From NCBI GenBank assembly GCA_963805125.1, contig CAWDTD010000014.1:78476-142475 (forward strand): a stretch of 64,000 bases of DNA, given 5' to 3'. The notes below the pieces were generated by a model. The model worked only from the letters and a program-made list of their open reading frames with translations. It was not told the DNA's origin and did not search any database. Each line of letters begins with the position of its first letter. Position 1 is the stretch's first letter. The translations under genes were made by a program, and so were the position numbers. This stretch comes from an uncultured delta proteobacterium (GTDB taxonomy: Bacteria; Desulfobacterota; Syntrophobacteria; Syntrophobacterales; Syntrophobacteraceae). Of the stretch, positions 34,614 to 44,313 are shown piece after piece.

Positions 34614-35465
34614 TTACTGGATTCCGGCCTTCTGCAGCACCTCCGCCGGGACCTTGGCGCCAAGTTCCTGTGCTCTTTTCAGGTACTTTCGGGCTCGAGC
34701 GAGGTCATTTCCCCTCTCAAGATAAGATAGCCCGAGAATGTAGTTGACCCGCGGGTCATTTTGTTTGCTTCCATAGCTCCGTTCGAGATACTCAATGGAT
34801 TTCCCATACTCCTTCATCCGGTAGTAGGTCACGCCCAGCGCATAATGAACGTCTGAAACCAATGGCGAATTCAGCTCGAGGTAGAGTTGTTCGGCTTTCT
34901 GAAAATTCTTGGCTGCGGTACTAAAATCTTTAAAGTTTAAATATACATTCCCAAGACCGTAATAGCCTTCAGGATCACGGGGATTCATTTTTAACAAAAC
35001 CTGGTATTCGGAGACAGCAGCGTCCTTTTTGCCCTGATAAAGATAGGCTACAGCAAGGTTGGTATGCGCGGCGGTGTTCTCCGGCAAGATCCCGATCGAC
35101 CGTTTATACCAATAGATCGCCTCATCCAATTTGCCCTGTTGGCGAAGCGCCTGCCCGAGGTTATCCATGGCATCGCAATAGTTCGCATCAAGATTTATTG
35201 CCTTTGTGTATTCCTTCACGGCCTCATCCAGATTGCCCTCACCCGCCAGCGTCAAACCCTTATTGTAACACAGCCGGGCCGCATCGTTCCGGGTGGGACA
35301 CAAAACGCGTTCTACGAGCGCAGGCTTGTTCTTGTCCCCTGCAGGCGATTTATCAGCAGGGTTTGCATGTCCCGGCGCATAAACGGTCAGGACGACAATT
35401 GCGGTAACGACAAATAGCTTGAATTTCATGGCATTATCTCCGTGAAGCAGGCGCCGCTCGACCAT
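34614..35465 (-). CDS. Secreted TPR-repeat protein
   Basis: Signal-like N-terminus and repeated TPR consensus residues (AxxxYxxAxxxxP patterns). 283 aa. Confidence 0.75.
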   Translation of the reverse strand: MVERRLLHGDNAMKFKLFVVTAIVVLTVYAPGHANPADKSPAGDKNKPALVERVLCPTRNDAARLCYNKGLTLAGEGNLDEAVKEYTKAINLDANYCDAMDNLGQALRQQGKLDEAIYWYKRSIGILPENTAAHTNLAVAYLYQGKKDAAVSEYQVLLKMNPRDPEGYYGLGNVYLNFKDFSTAAKNFQKAEQLYLELNSPLVSDVHYALGVTYYRMKEYGKSIEYLERSYGSKQNDPRVNYILGLSYLERGNDLARARKYLKRAQELGAKVPAEVLQKAGIQ

Positions 35466-35926
35466 AGCCCACGGGCGGCGGCTCTTGTGTGATGCAGCAT
35501 GCGCAAACCAAAGCTATTTTACTGTGACGTCTTTAAGAGTCTCAAGAAAAAAATAGGCGTTCGAATAATCGCGGCTTGCGGCTTGGGGTCGGGCCGGGCT
35601 TATACCCCTATCTTAATAATTGCGGCGACATACAGTGAGTCAGCCGGCACGTGTTGCTTGGCGATGCGCAGAGCATAGAGTAATAGAGCAAAAAGGCAGA
35701 CAGTGAAACCCGCACTACGGCCCCGCCCATGAGGGAACCGGCGGTGCGGAAAATTTGGTCGTGTTTGAGCGGAAAATCTGGCATGCGAGGACCACGGTTT
35801 GAAAGGACGGTTGCAGAGTAGTTCTTTCCTTTAAAAACTGCAGGCTGTCTCTGAAGATGGGATGAAGGATCAACAATATGGGATAAAGGATTGACAATGT
35901 TTGTAGCTTGTTCACAAATTGGATTG

Positions 35927-36535
35927 ATGAGCAAACGTTTCATTTCCAAAACGCTCATCTTGGTGGTCTGTCTCTGTTTGTGGGGGCCGCGGGCTATGGC
36001 GGCCGAGAGTCCGCAGACAGTGGTCCAAACCGGTACGGACCAGATCCTCAAAATACTCCAGCAGTACCCTCAAGATACCAGGGCCCGCAAGGAACAGATT
36101 CAAGCGGTCGTCGACGGATACTTTGACTTTGAGGCGATAGCCAGGCTCGCTGTGGGACCACGATGGAACAGTCTGCCCCCCGAAAAGCAGCAGAAATTTA
36201 CGCAGGAGTTCAGGAAGCTGCTCTTTAACACATACAGAGGAGACATCGAAAAATATGCCAGACAAAAGATCACTTACAATAAAAGGTCAATATACCAGGG
36301 TTATGTCGTCGTCGAGGCGCTTCTAACGGACAAGGGCGGCCCGGCCACTATTTATTATTACTTCCACCTCAAGGACGGGAACTGGAAGGTATACGATGTC
36401 GCTGTCGGGGGAATGAGTCTGGTGGCCAACTATCGCAACCAGTTCGACTCAATATTGGCGAATGGTTCATTTGACGACCTGTCGATGATGTTAAGCAGGA
36501 AAGTTGCTCAGACGTGTGGATCTAATCGTTGCTAG
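35927..36535 (+). CDS. mlaC: MlaC/Ttg2D-family phospholipid-binding periplasmic protein
   Basis: Signal peptide ending AMA, then DGYFDFEAIARLAVGPRWNSLPPEKQQKFTQEFRKLL and GNWKVYDVAVGGMSLVANYRNQF. Confidence 0.72.
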   Translation: MSKRFISKTLILVVCLCLWGPRAMAAESPQTVVQTGTDQILKILQQYPQDTRARKEQIQAVVDGYFDFEAIARLAVGPRWNSLPPEKQQKFTQEFRKLLFNTYRGDIEKYARQKITYNKRSIYQGYVVVEALLTDKGGPATIYYYFHLKDGNWKVYDVAVGGMSLVANYRNQFDSILANGSFDDLSMMLSRKVAQTCGSNRC

Positions 36536-36683
36536 GAGCCTGTCGGAGAAATGGCATTCATGGCCGTTTTCTGCCAATATGACCTGTTATTACCCTTCCT
36601 TTTGCCGAACCGGCCCGGGCAGGAGTTGCCTGGGCCAGCCAAATCCAGAGTTTAAGTCCAAATCAAATAAAGATCGAGTATCC

Positions 36684-36959
36684 TCAGCAGTGATCGCAAT
36701 GGGGGACGTATGTAATCCACGGATGGCTGCACGGATTGGAAAGGGCAATGCCGCAATTGCCACAACTGAGAGCAGTGAAAGGGGCCGTCACGACAGCGGC
36801 CGATAGCATCACCGCTCCTTCAACTACCGCCCCCGCCGCCACGAAAGGCGCGGCAATCACGTTGCCCCAGCAGCATTCCGCCTGCGCCGTCGTTGTCCCA
36901 ACGATCATGAGGGAAGCAAGAACCAAACACGCTATAATTAAGGTTGATTTAACCTTCAT
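36684..36959 (-). CDS. Small secreted or membrane-anchored Cys-rich protein
   Basis: GGAGG 8 nt upstream of the ATG. Signal peptide ending AQA. The mature part has 8 Cys (ECCWG, SCGNCG, PCSHP, PHCDHC) around a hydrophobic core. Divergent from nifH. Confidence 0.55.
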   Translation of the reverse strand: MKVKSTLIIACLVLASLMIVGTTTAQAECCWGNVIAAPFVAAGAVVEGAVMLSAAVVTAPFTALSCGNCGIALSNPCSHPWITYVPHCDHC

Positions 36960-37261
36960 GTTTTGACCTCCTCGGACTCAGTTTAATTAAAGCCCCTTAC
37001 TTCTGTACTTCCTAATAAGGTATTGTCGTTTTCGGATTTGTCCATGCCTCTGACTTTTCATTGCCCTCTACCGAATTTGTGAACTCCGAAGGACCCATCC
37101 GGTCGCGATCGCGATCGCTATCCGATGCCCTTACCCGATCGCTCATACCTTACATTTTGGTGAGTTGCCCTCACATTTTTGTCTGCCTTTTATTTGCCGA
37201 CGGGTCATCAGAGCGACAGGCTCATTGGCAGAAATGCCAAATATTACGGGTGGATGTCTAA

Positions 37262-38155
<894 letters not shown>

Positions 38156-38180
38156 GGGTTAGATCCAGGAGAGATTCGCC

Positions 38181-38537
38181 ATGATAATGATCAAATCGAT
38201 TGTGAGGCCGGAAAAGGTCGATAATGTTCTTGCGGCGCTTATGGAGGCTGGATTTCCGGCGGTGACCAAAGTCTCGGTAGTGGGCCGCGGCAAACAGCGC
38301 GGCATAAAAATCGGAGAGATCACTTACGACGAAATCCCCAAAGAGCTGCTGCTCACCGTCGTCCAGGACCAGGACAGGGACTATGTGATCAAAACCGTCA
38401 TCGAGGCCGCCCGTACCGGCGCCAAAGGCGCATACGGAGACGGGAAGATCTTCGTCTCCCCCGTGCACGAGGTTTACACGATCAGTTCCGGAATCAGGGA
38501 GTTGTCTTCAGGAGAGATCGAAGAGGTAAAGATATGA
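38181..38537 (+). CDS. nifI1: PII-like nitrogenase regulator NifI1
   Basis: GlnB-family fold (IKSIVRPEKVDNVLAAL, GDGKIFVSPV), between nifH and nifD. Confidence 0.85.
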   Translation: MIMIKSIVRPEKVDNVLAALMEAGFPAVTKVSVVGRGKQRGIKIGEITYDEIPKELLLTVVQDQDRDYVIKTVIEAARTGAKGAYGDGKIFVSPVHEVYTISSGIRELSSGEIEEVKI

Positions 38538-38914
38538 AAGAGGTGATGGCCGTTGTCCGCATGAACATGATGAACAAGACGAAAAAGGCCCTCTCGGAAG
38601 CTGGAATATCCTCTATGACCGCCAGGGACGCGCTCGGCAGGGGAAAGGGCCTGGTCGATTACTCCCTGCTGGAAGGCGCGGAGAAAGGCTACGAGGAAGC
38701 GATAGCCCAGCTCGGTCACTCGCAGCGCCTGATCCCCAAAAGGCTCATATTCATCGTCGTGCCTGACAACCTGGTCGGCACAACGGTCAAGACGATTATA
38801 AAGGTCAACCGCACTGGAAAATCGGGGGACGGAAAGATTTTCGTGACCCCTGTCCTGGACTCGGTATGCGTTAGAACCGGGGAGTGTGGCGAAACCGTTC
38901 TGGACGAAGTTTGA
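38534..38914 (+). CDS. nifI2: PII-like nitrogenase regulator NifI2
   Basis: Second GlnB-family gene (MAVVRMNMMNKTKKAL, GDGKIFVTPV), overlapping the nifI1 stop. Confidence 0.85.
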   Translation: MKEVMAVVRMNMMNKTKKALSEAGISSMTARDALGRGKGLVDYSLLEGAEKGYEEAIAQLGHSQRLIPKRLIFIVVPDNLVGTTVKTIIKVNRTGKSGDGKIFVTPVLDSVCVRTGECGETVLDEV

Positions 38915-38949
38915 AGCCAGGGAAGCGGGAAGCCGAAAGCGAAGACTGA

Positions 38950-39062
38950 TACCAAGTTGCGCCCATACGGGTAAGAATTGGCGATTGGAACCCCCCTTTT
39001 CTAAAGGGGGGCAGGGGGGATTTTGTGAATGGAGGTTTTACCTCTTTGAGCGCAACTTGGTA
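38950..39062. mobile_element. MITE family 1, 113-bp subfamily, inside the nifI2-nifD spacer
   Basis: TACCAAGTTGCGCC at one end and GAGCGCAACTTGGTA at the other. TGA duplicated at 38947-38949 and 39063-39065. Contains an internal CCCCCC/GGGGGG hairpin. Confidence 0.88.
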
Positions 39063-39184
39063 TGAAGTCGGATATCGGGTATCAGGTATCGGCAATCCGG
39101 CATAATTTGGTCATTCCTGTTGCCGCCTTCAGGCGGCATCCGGCATCCGTAAGGCTCCCTGCTCCCCGCTACAGGAGTAAAACG

Positions 39185-40840
39185 ATGGCTGCAATGATCG
39201 ACGCAAAAGCGGCATTCGAGGTCGACACAATAGACCCCAACGCCGTAAAACAGGAACTGCTGTCCAAATATCCCACCAAGGTCGCCCGCAAACGAGCGAA
39301 GCAGATTGTCATAAACAAAGTGGGCGAAGACCTCAGCGTACCTGAAATAGGGGCCAACACCCGCGCCGTTCCCGGCATAATAACCCAGCGCGGATGCAGT
39401 TATGCGGGCTGCAAGGGGGTGGTGCTGGGGCCGGCCAGGGATTTCGTAAACCTGACTCACGGCCCGATCGGGTGTGGATTCTACAGTTGGCTTACCAGGC
39501 GCAACCAGACCAGGCCGCCTACCGCCGAAGACGCCAATTTCATGACCTACTGCTTTTCGACGGACCTTCAGGACAAGGACATCGTATTCGGGGGCGAAAA
39601 AAAGCTCAGGGCCGCAATCCAGGAGGCCTACGACATCTTCAGGCCCAAGGCCATCAGCATCTTTGCCACCTGCCCGGTCGGGCTGATCGGCGACGACATC
39701 CACAACGTGGCAAAAGAGATGAAAGACAAGCTCGGGATCAACGTGTTCGCTTTCAGTTGCGAGGGCTACAAGGGAGTAAGCCAGTCGGCGGGCCACCACA
39801 TAGCCAACAACGGTATATTCAAACACGTTGTGGGCCTTGATGATACGGCCAGGGAAGGCAAGTTCCGCATAAACATGCTCGGAGAATACAACATAGGCGG
39901 CGACGCCTTCGAGATCGACCGGGTGATGGAAAAATGCGGGATCACCACGGTGGCCACATTCAGCGGCAACTCCACCTACGACCGGTTTGCAAGCGCGCAC
40001 TCGGCGGACCTTAACGCAATCATGTGCCACAGGTCCATTAACTACGTCGCCGAGATGATGGAGAAAAAATTCGGAATTCCCTGGATAAAGATCAACTTCA
40101 TCGGAGCGGGCTCCGCCGCAAAGTCCCTGCGCAAGATCGCAAGATATTTCCAGGACCGGGAGCTTACCGGCAGGGTAGAGCAGGTCATAGCCGAGGAGAT
40201 GGTGGAAGTGGAAAAAGTTCAGGCCGAGGTCAGGGCGCGCTGCGAAGGTAAGCTCGCCATGCTTTTTGTCGGAGGCTCCCGCGCTCACCACTACCAGGGG
40301 CTTTTTGCCGAGATGGGCATGAGGACAATTTCCGCCGGCTATGAGTTCGCTCACCGCGACGACTACGAAGGCCGGCGGGTCTTGCCCGACATAAAGGTCG
40401 ATGCCGACAGTAGAAACATCGAAGAGCTCGAGGTGCATCCGGACCCGGACAGATACCGCCCCAGAAAGAGCGCCGAGCAAATCGAAGAGCTTGCGAAGAT
40501 GGGCTTCTCCTTCAAGGACTACGAAGGAATGATGCCCCGGATGGCGGACGGGACACTGGTTATAGACGATATCAGCCAGTATGAAACAGAAAGAATGATC
40601 GACATCTATAAGCCGGCGATTTTCTGCGCCGGGATCAAGGAAAAGTACGTCATCCAGAAAAAGGGCATCCCGATGAAGCAGCTCCACAGCTACGATTCCG
40701 GCGGTCCCTACGCAGGATTCAGGGGCGCGATAAACTTCTACAGGGAAATCGACCGCATGGTGAACAGCAAAGTATGGTCGTACCTTAAGGCCCCTTGGCA
40801 GACAAACCCCGAACTTGCCGCCACATACGCTTGCGAGTGA
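39185..40840 (+). CDS. nifD: Nitrogenase molybdenum-iron protein alpha chain
   Basis: ATG behind AGGAG. Motifs GCSYAGCKGVV, HGPIGCG, IGDDI and the NifD-typical C-terminal part. 551 aa. Confidence 0.95.
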   Translation: MAAMIDAKAAFEVDTIDPNAVKQELLSKYPTKVARKRAKQIVINKVGEDLSVPEIGANTRAVPGIITQRGCSYAGCKGVVLGPARDFVNLTHGPIGCGFYSWLTRRNQTRPPTAEDANFMTYCFSTDLQDKDIVFGGEKKLRAAIQEAYDIFRPKAISIFATCPVGLIGDDIHNVAKEMKDKLGINVFAFSCEGYKGVSQSAGHHIANNGIFKHVVGLDDTAREGKFRINMLGEYNIGGDAFEIDRVMEKCGITTVATFSGNSTYDRFASAHSADLNAIMCHRSINYVAEMMEKKFGIPWIKINFIGAGSAAKSLRKIARYFQDRELTGRVEQVIAEEMVEVEKVQAEVRARCEGKLAMLFVGGSRAHHYQGLFAEMGMRTISAGYEFAHRDDYEGRRVLPDIKVDADSRNIEELEVHPDPDRYRPRKSAEQIEELAKMGFSFKDYEGMMPRMADGTLVIDDISQYETERMIDIYKPAIFCAGIKEKYVIQKKGIPMKQLHSYDSGGPYAGFRGAINFYREIDRMVNSKVWSYLKAPWQTNPELAATYACE

Positions 40841-40877
40841 TCGGTCTTTCAACATAAAGGATAGAGAGGATACCCTC

Positions 40878-42254
40878 ATGCTGCTCCGACATACACCCAA
40901 AGATCTCAGGGAACGAAGCGCCCTTACGATCAATCCGGCGAAAACCTGCCAGCCGATCGGGGCGATGTACGCCGCCCTGGGCATTCACCGCTGCCTGCCA
41001 CACAGCCACGGCTCCCAGGGGTGCTGCGCATATCATCGCAGCACCCTTACCCGGCACTACAAGGAGCCCGTCATGGCTTCAACGAGCTCTTTTACCGAAG
41101 GGGCATCCGTATTCGGAGGACAGGCCAATCTCGTGCAGGCGATCGACACCATTTTCTCGGTTTACGACCCCGACGTCATAGCCGTTCACACCACCTGCCT
41201 GTCGGAAACCATCGGAGACGATATCCCGCAGATATCCCGAAAGGCGCAAGCCGAGGGCAAGATACCCCGGGGCAAGTTCGTCATTCACGCCAATACGCCC
41301 AGCTATGTGGGAACGCAGGTAACAGGCTTCGCAAATATGACCAAAGCCATGGTGAGCTATTTTTCCGCCTCCAACGGCAAACGTTCGGAGCAGATCAACA
41401 TCATTCCCGGATATGTCGAGCCTTCGGACATGGAAGAGATCCGGAGGATTGCCTGCGAACTGGGTATCAGGACGGTTATTTTCCCCGACACTTCCAATGT
41501 TTTGAATCGCCCCCAAACAGGGAAATTTGAAATGTACCCAAAGGGCGGGGTCTCGGTAGGCGCCCTGATGAGCACCGGTGAGAGCAAGGCCACCGTTGCG
41601 CTCGGCCGGACCGCTTCATGGCCGGCGGCCCGCGCCCTGGACGTGAAATGCAACGTTCATTGTGAATTGCTCGATCTTCCCATCGGCCTTACGGCAACGG
41701 ACACCTTCATCGATACGCTCCGGACGATTGCGGGGGTCAGCGTCCCCGATTCGATCAACCTCGATCGGGGGCGTCTGCTCGACATCATCACCGACATGCA
41801 CCAGTACTTCTATCACAAGAAAGTGGGGCTTGTCGGAGACCCGGACCAGCTCGTCTCTCTTGCCGAATTCCTCGTCTCGGTCGACATGTGGCCCATCCAC
41901 ATTGTCACGGGCGCCTCCGGCAACAAGTTCGAGTCCAAAATTCGACAGATCACCAGGGAAATTCCTCACCAGGTAAACGTCAGGGCGGGGGGCGACATGT
42001 TCCTTTTCCACCAGTGGGTAAAAAACGATCCCGTCGACCTCATGATGGGCAACACCTACCTCAAGTATATCGCACGGGATGAGGACATCCCTTTTATCAG
42101 GTTCGGCTTCCCTATCCTCGACCGTATAGGGCACAGCTACTTTCCGACGGTCGGGTACAGGGGGGCGATACGCCTGCTCGAAAAAATACTCGATGCGCTC
42201 CTCGACCGCCAGGACAGGGATTCCCCCGAGGAATCCTTCGAACTGGTGATGTAG
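40878..42254 (+). CDS. nifK: Nitrogenase molybdenum-iron protein beta chain
   Basis: TINPAKTCQPIGAMYAALGIH, HGSQGCCAYHR, CLSETIGDDI. 458 aa. Confidence 0.95.
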   Translation: MLLRHTPKDLRERSALTINPAKTCQPIGAMYAALGIHRCLPHSHGSQGCCAYHRSTLTRHYKEPVMASTSSFTEGASVFGGQANLVQAIDTIFSVYDPDVIAVHTTCLSETIGDDIPQISRKAQAEGKIPRGKFVIHANTPSYVGTQVTGFANMTKAMVSYFSASNGKRSEQINIIPGYVEPSDMEEIRRIACELGIRTVIFPDTSNVLNRPQTGKFEMYPKGGVSVGALMSTGESKATVALGRTASWPAARALDVKCNVHCELLDLPIGLTATDTFIDTLRTIAGVSVPDSINLDRGRLLDIITDMHQYFYHKKVGLVGDPDQLVSLAEFLVSVDMWPIHIVTGASGNKFESKIRQITREIPHQVNVRAGGDMFLFHQWVKNDPVDLMMGNTYLKYIARDEDIPFIRFGFPILDRIGHSYFPTVGYRGAIRLLEKILDALLDRQDRDSPEESFELVM

Positions 42255-42304
42255 AAAGATTTCGTCGGCAAAGCACACAAACTTTTCAGCAAAGGATAGC
42301 GAAA

Positions 42305-42604
42305 ATGCAAAAACCCGATCACCACATACTGGTTTGCGCCAGCTTCAGAGGCCTCGAAGCCAGGGGAAAGTGCATCAAAAAAGACTCGATGCAGCTCATA
42401 AGCTATCTCGAAGAGCAACTTGCAGACCGCGGCATGAATGCCGTTGTCTCGAGTACGGGCTGCCTCAAGCTTTGCGAGGAAGGGCCGATTCTGGTCATCT
42501 ACCCCCGGGGCTACTGGTACCGAAACGTGGCCGGTGAGAACGTCATCGATGAAATATTGGATGCGCTCGAGGAAGGGAAGCCGGCTGAAGACTACCTCTT
42601 CTAG
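42305..42604 (+). CDS. Thioredoxin-like [2Fe-2S] ferredoxin
   Basis: 99 aa with HHILVCAS, STGCLKLCEEGPILVIYP and WY. A common nif-cluster accessory ferredoxin type. Confidence 0.78.
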   Translation: MQKPDHHILVCASFRGLEARGKCIKKDSMQLISYLEEQLADRGMNAVVSSTGCLKLCEEGPILVIYPRGYWYRNVAGENVIDEILDALEEGKPAEDYLF

Positions 42605-42726
42605 TGCATTGTCAACTAAGTTTTTATGTGCTGGGGTCCGACCGATAGGGGTAGGGACGGCGATGAGCCGTCCCTACCCCTATCGGAGTGCTGCCCTGAG
42701 CATGTTAGAATTAAGTTGACAATGCA
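42605..42726. mobile_element. MITE family 4 (122 bp)
   Basis: TGCATTGTCAACTAAG at one end and TTAAGTTGACAATGCA at the other, with an inner palindrome CGATAGGGGTAGGGACGGC/GCCGTCCCTACCCCTATCG. Flanked by CTAG on both sides; the left CTAG contains the ferredoxin TAG stop. Confidence 0.75.
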
Positions 42727-42730
42727 CTAG

Positions 42731-42908
42731 TACTTACTTGCGTAAATGCGCGTACCGTTTACAGGGACACTCAAATTTCGTCATTCCGGCATGTCTTAAG
42801 CCGGAATCCAGGCCTCTTGCCATCTCAGGAAAACCTCTGGACCCCGGCTCAGAAAATCTGCCGGGGTGACGAACGCGAATTCGTTACGCTCACTTTTGCA
42901 ATCAAGTA
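42731..42908. mobile_element. MITE family 5 (178 bp)
   Basis: TACTTACTTGCGTAAA at one end and TTTTGCAATCAAGTA at the other, flanked by CTAG (42727-42730 and 42909-42912). It shares the left CTAG with the family-4 element. Confidence 0.65.
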
Positions 42909-42947
42909 CTAGCATCGAGTAATTGGGGTAAATGGAAGGAAAATGCA

Positions 42948-44312
42948 ATGAGCGCCGTAGGGGCGGTAATCTTCAAGGAACGCAAGGGTCAAATCCACAG
43001 AAAGGGCAAGTATCCCTTCGACATGGACTGCAACCGGGAAAGCCTTGCCGGAGCGGTAAGTCAGCGGGCCTGTGTGTTCTGCGGTTCAAGAGTCGTACTC
43101 TACCCGATTGCCGATGCGCTGCACCTCGTCCATGGCCCCATAGGCTGCGCGGCATATACCTGGGATATCCGGGGCGCCCTCTCCTCGGGCCCCGCCCTGC
43201 ACAGGCTCAGTTTCTCTACCGACCTCCAGGAAAGGGATATCATCTTCGGGGCCGAGGACAAGCTCTACCGGGCGCTCACCGAACTCATAGAGTACCATCA
43301 TCCAAAGGCGGCCTTCGTCTATTCGACCTGCATCGTGGGCATCATCGGAGACGATCTGGAGGCGGTTTGCAGGCGGGTCGCCGCCGAAAAGAAAATCCCG
43401 GTCCTTCCGGTTCAATCCGAGGGGTTTAAGGGCAGCAAGCGCGAGGGGTACAGCGCCGCCTGCAAGGCCATGTTTCGGCTGGTTGGAACTGGTGACGCCT
43501 CGGGCATCTCCGATCTTAGCCTCAATATCCTCGGGGACTTCAACCTGGCCGGAGAGCTTTGGATCATCCGGGATTACTTCAAGAAAATGGGCGTCGAGAC
43601 CGTTGCGAATATAACCGGGGACGGACGCGTCGAAGACATCATGCGGGCGCATGGCGCCGCTCTGAATCTGGTCCAGTGCTCCGGCGCCACTGTCGAGCTT
43701 GCCAAAATGATGAAGCAATCCTACGGAATTCCCTTTCTGCGGGTTTCCTACTTCGGCGTTGAGGACATGGCCCGGGCCCTCTACGAGGTTGCGGGATTTT
43801 TCAAGGACAAGGACCCGGGGATTATCGAACGAACGCGGGAACTGGTAAAAGATGAACTCTCGGTCCTCTATCCGGAGCTTCAGAAATTTAGAAAAGACCT
43901 TTCAGGAAAGAAGGCCGCTATCTACGTGGGGGGCGCCTTCAAGGCATTTTCACTGGTAAAGGCCTTCAGGCTGCTTGGAATGAAGGTCGTCATGGTCGGA
44001 TCTCAAACGGGCACCGCCGAGGACTACAGGGAACTGCACGAGATCACCGACGAGGGGACCATCATAGTCGATGACTCCAATCCCCTGGAGCTTTCCAGCT
44101 TTCTTAAGGAAAAGGATTGCGACATTTTTGTCGGCGGTGTCAAGGAGAGGCCCATAGCCTACAAGCTGGGTGTAGGCTTCTGCGACCATAACCACGAACG
44201 CAAGCAGCCCCTCGAGGGGTTTGTGGGAATGCTCAACTTCGCAAAAGAAGTTCATCGCTCGGTCATGAGTCCGGTCTGGCGCTTTGTGCCGCGCAGAAAA
44301 GAGAAGCCCTGA
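42948..44312 (+). CDS. nifE: Nitrogenase FeMo-cofactor scaffold NifE
   Basis: NifD-like fold with ACVFCGSRVVL, HGPIGCAAYTWD and IGDDLEAV. 454 aa. Confidence 0.9.
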   Translation: MSAVGAVIFKERKGQIHRKGKYPFDMDCNRESLAGAVSQRACVFCGSRVVLYPIADALHLVHGPIGCAAYTWDIRGALSSGPALHRLSFSTDLQERDIIFGAEDKLYRALTELIEYHHPKAAFVYSTCIVGIIGDDLEAVCRRVAAEKKIPVLPVQSEGFKGSKREGYSAACKAMFRLVGTGDASGISDLSLNILGDFNLAGELWIIRDYFKKMGVETVANITGDGRVEDIMRAHGAALNLVQCSGATVELAKMMKQSYGIPFLRVSYFGVEDMARALYEVAGFFKDKDPGIIERTRELVKDELSVLYPELQKFRKDLSGKKAAIYVGGAFKAFSLVKAFRLLGMKVVMVGSQTGTAEDYRELHEITDEGTIIVDDSNPLELSSFLKEKDCDIFVGGVKERPIAYKLGVGFCDHNHERKQPLEGFVGMLNFAKEVHRSVMSPVWRFVPRRKEKP

Positions 44313-44313
44313 A

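Noticed and set aside
39090-39115. Sigma-54-like TGGTCA-N5-GTTGC upstream of nifD, and TGGAAG-N5-TGCA just before nifE (42925-42940)
   Set aside because: In both, the GG-to-GC spacing is off by one nucleotide, which sigma-54 does not tolerate. The nifE candidate also lies only a few nt from the start codon.
39038-40984. 648-aa minus-strand ORF; similar long antisense ORFs at 802-1569, 21458-22657, 37310-38140, 49098-49913, 57193-58212, 31791-32594, 29461-30192, 47478-48503 and 41616-42278
   Set aside because: All lie entirely antisense to confidently identified genes (nifD, kinase, rSAM fusion, nifH, ALDH, kinase-like/BON, rSAM, hypD, nifA, nifK). Their Arg/Gly/Pro-rich compositions are typical of shadow frames in GC-rich DNA.
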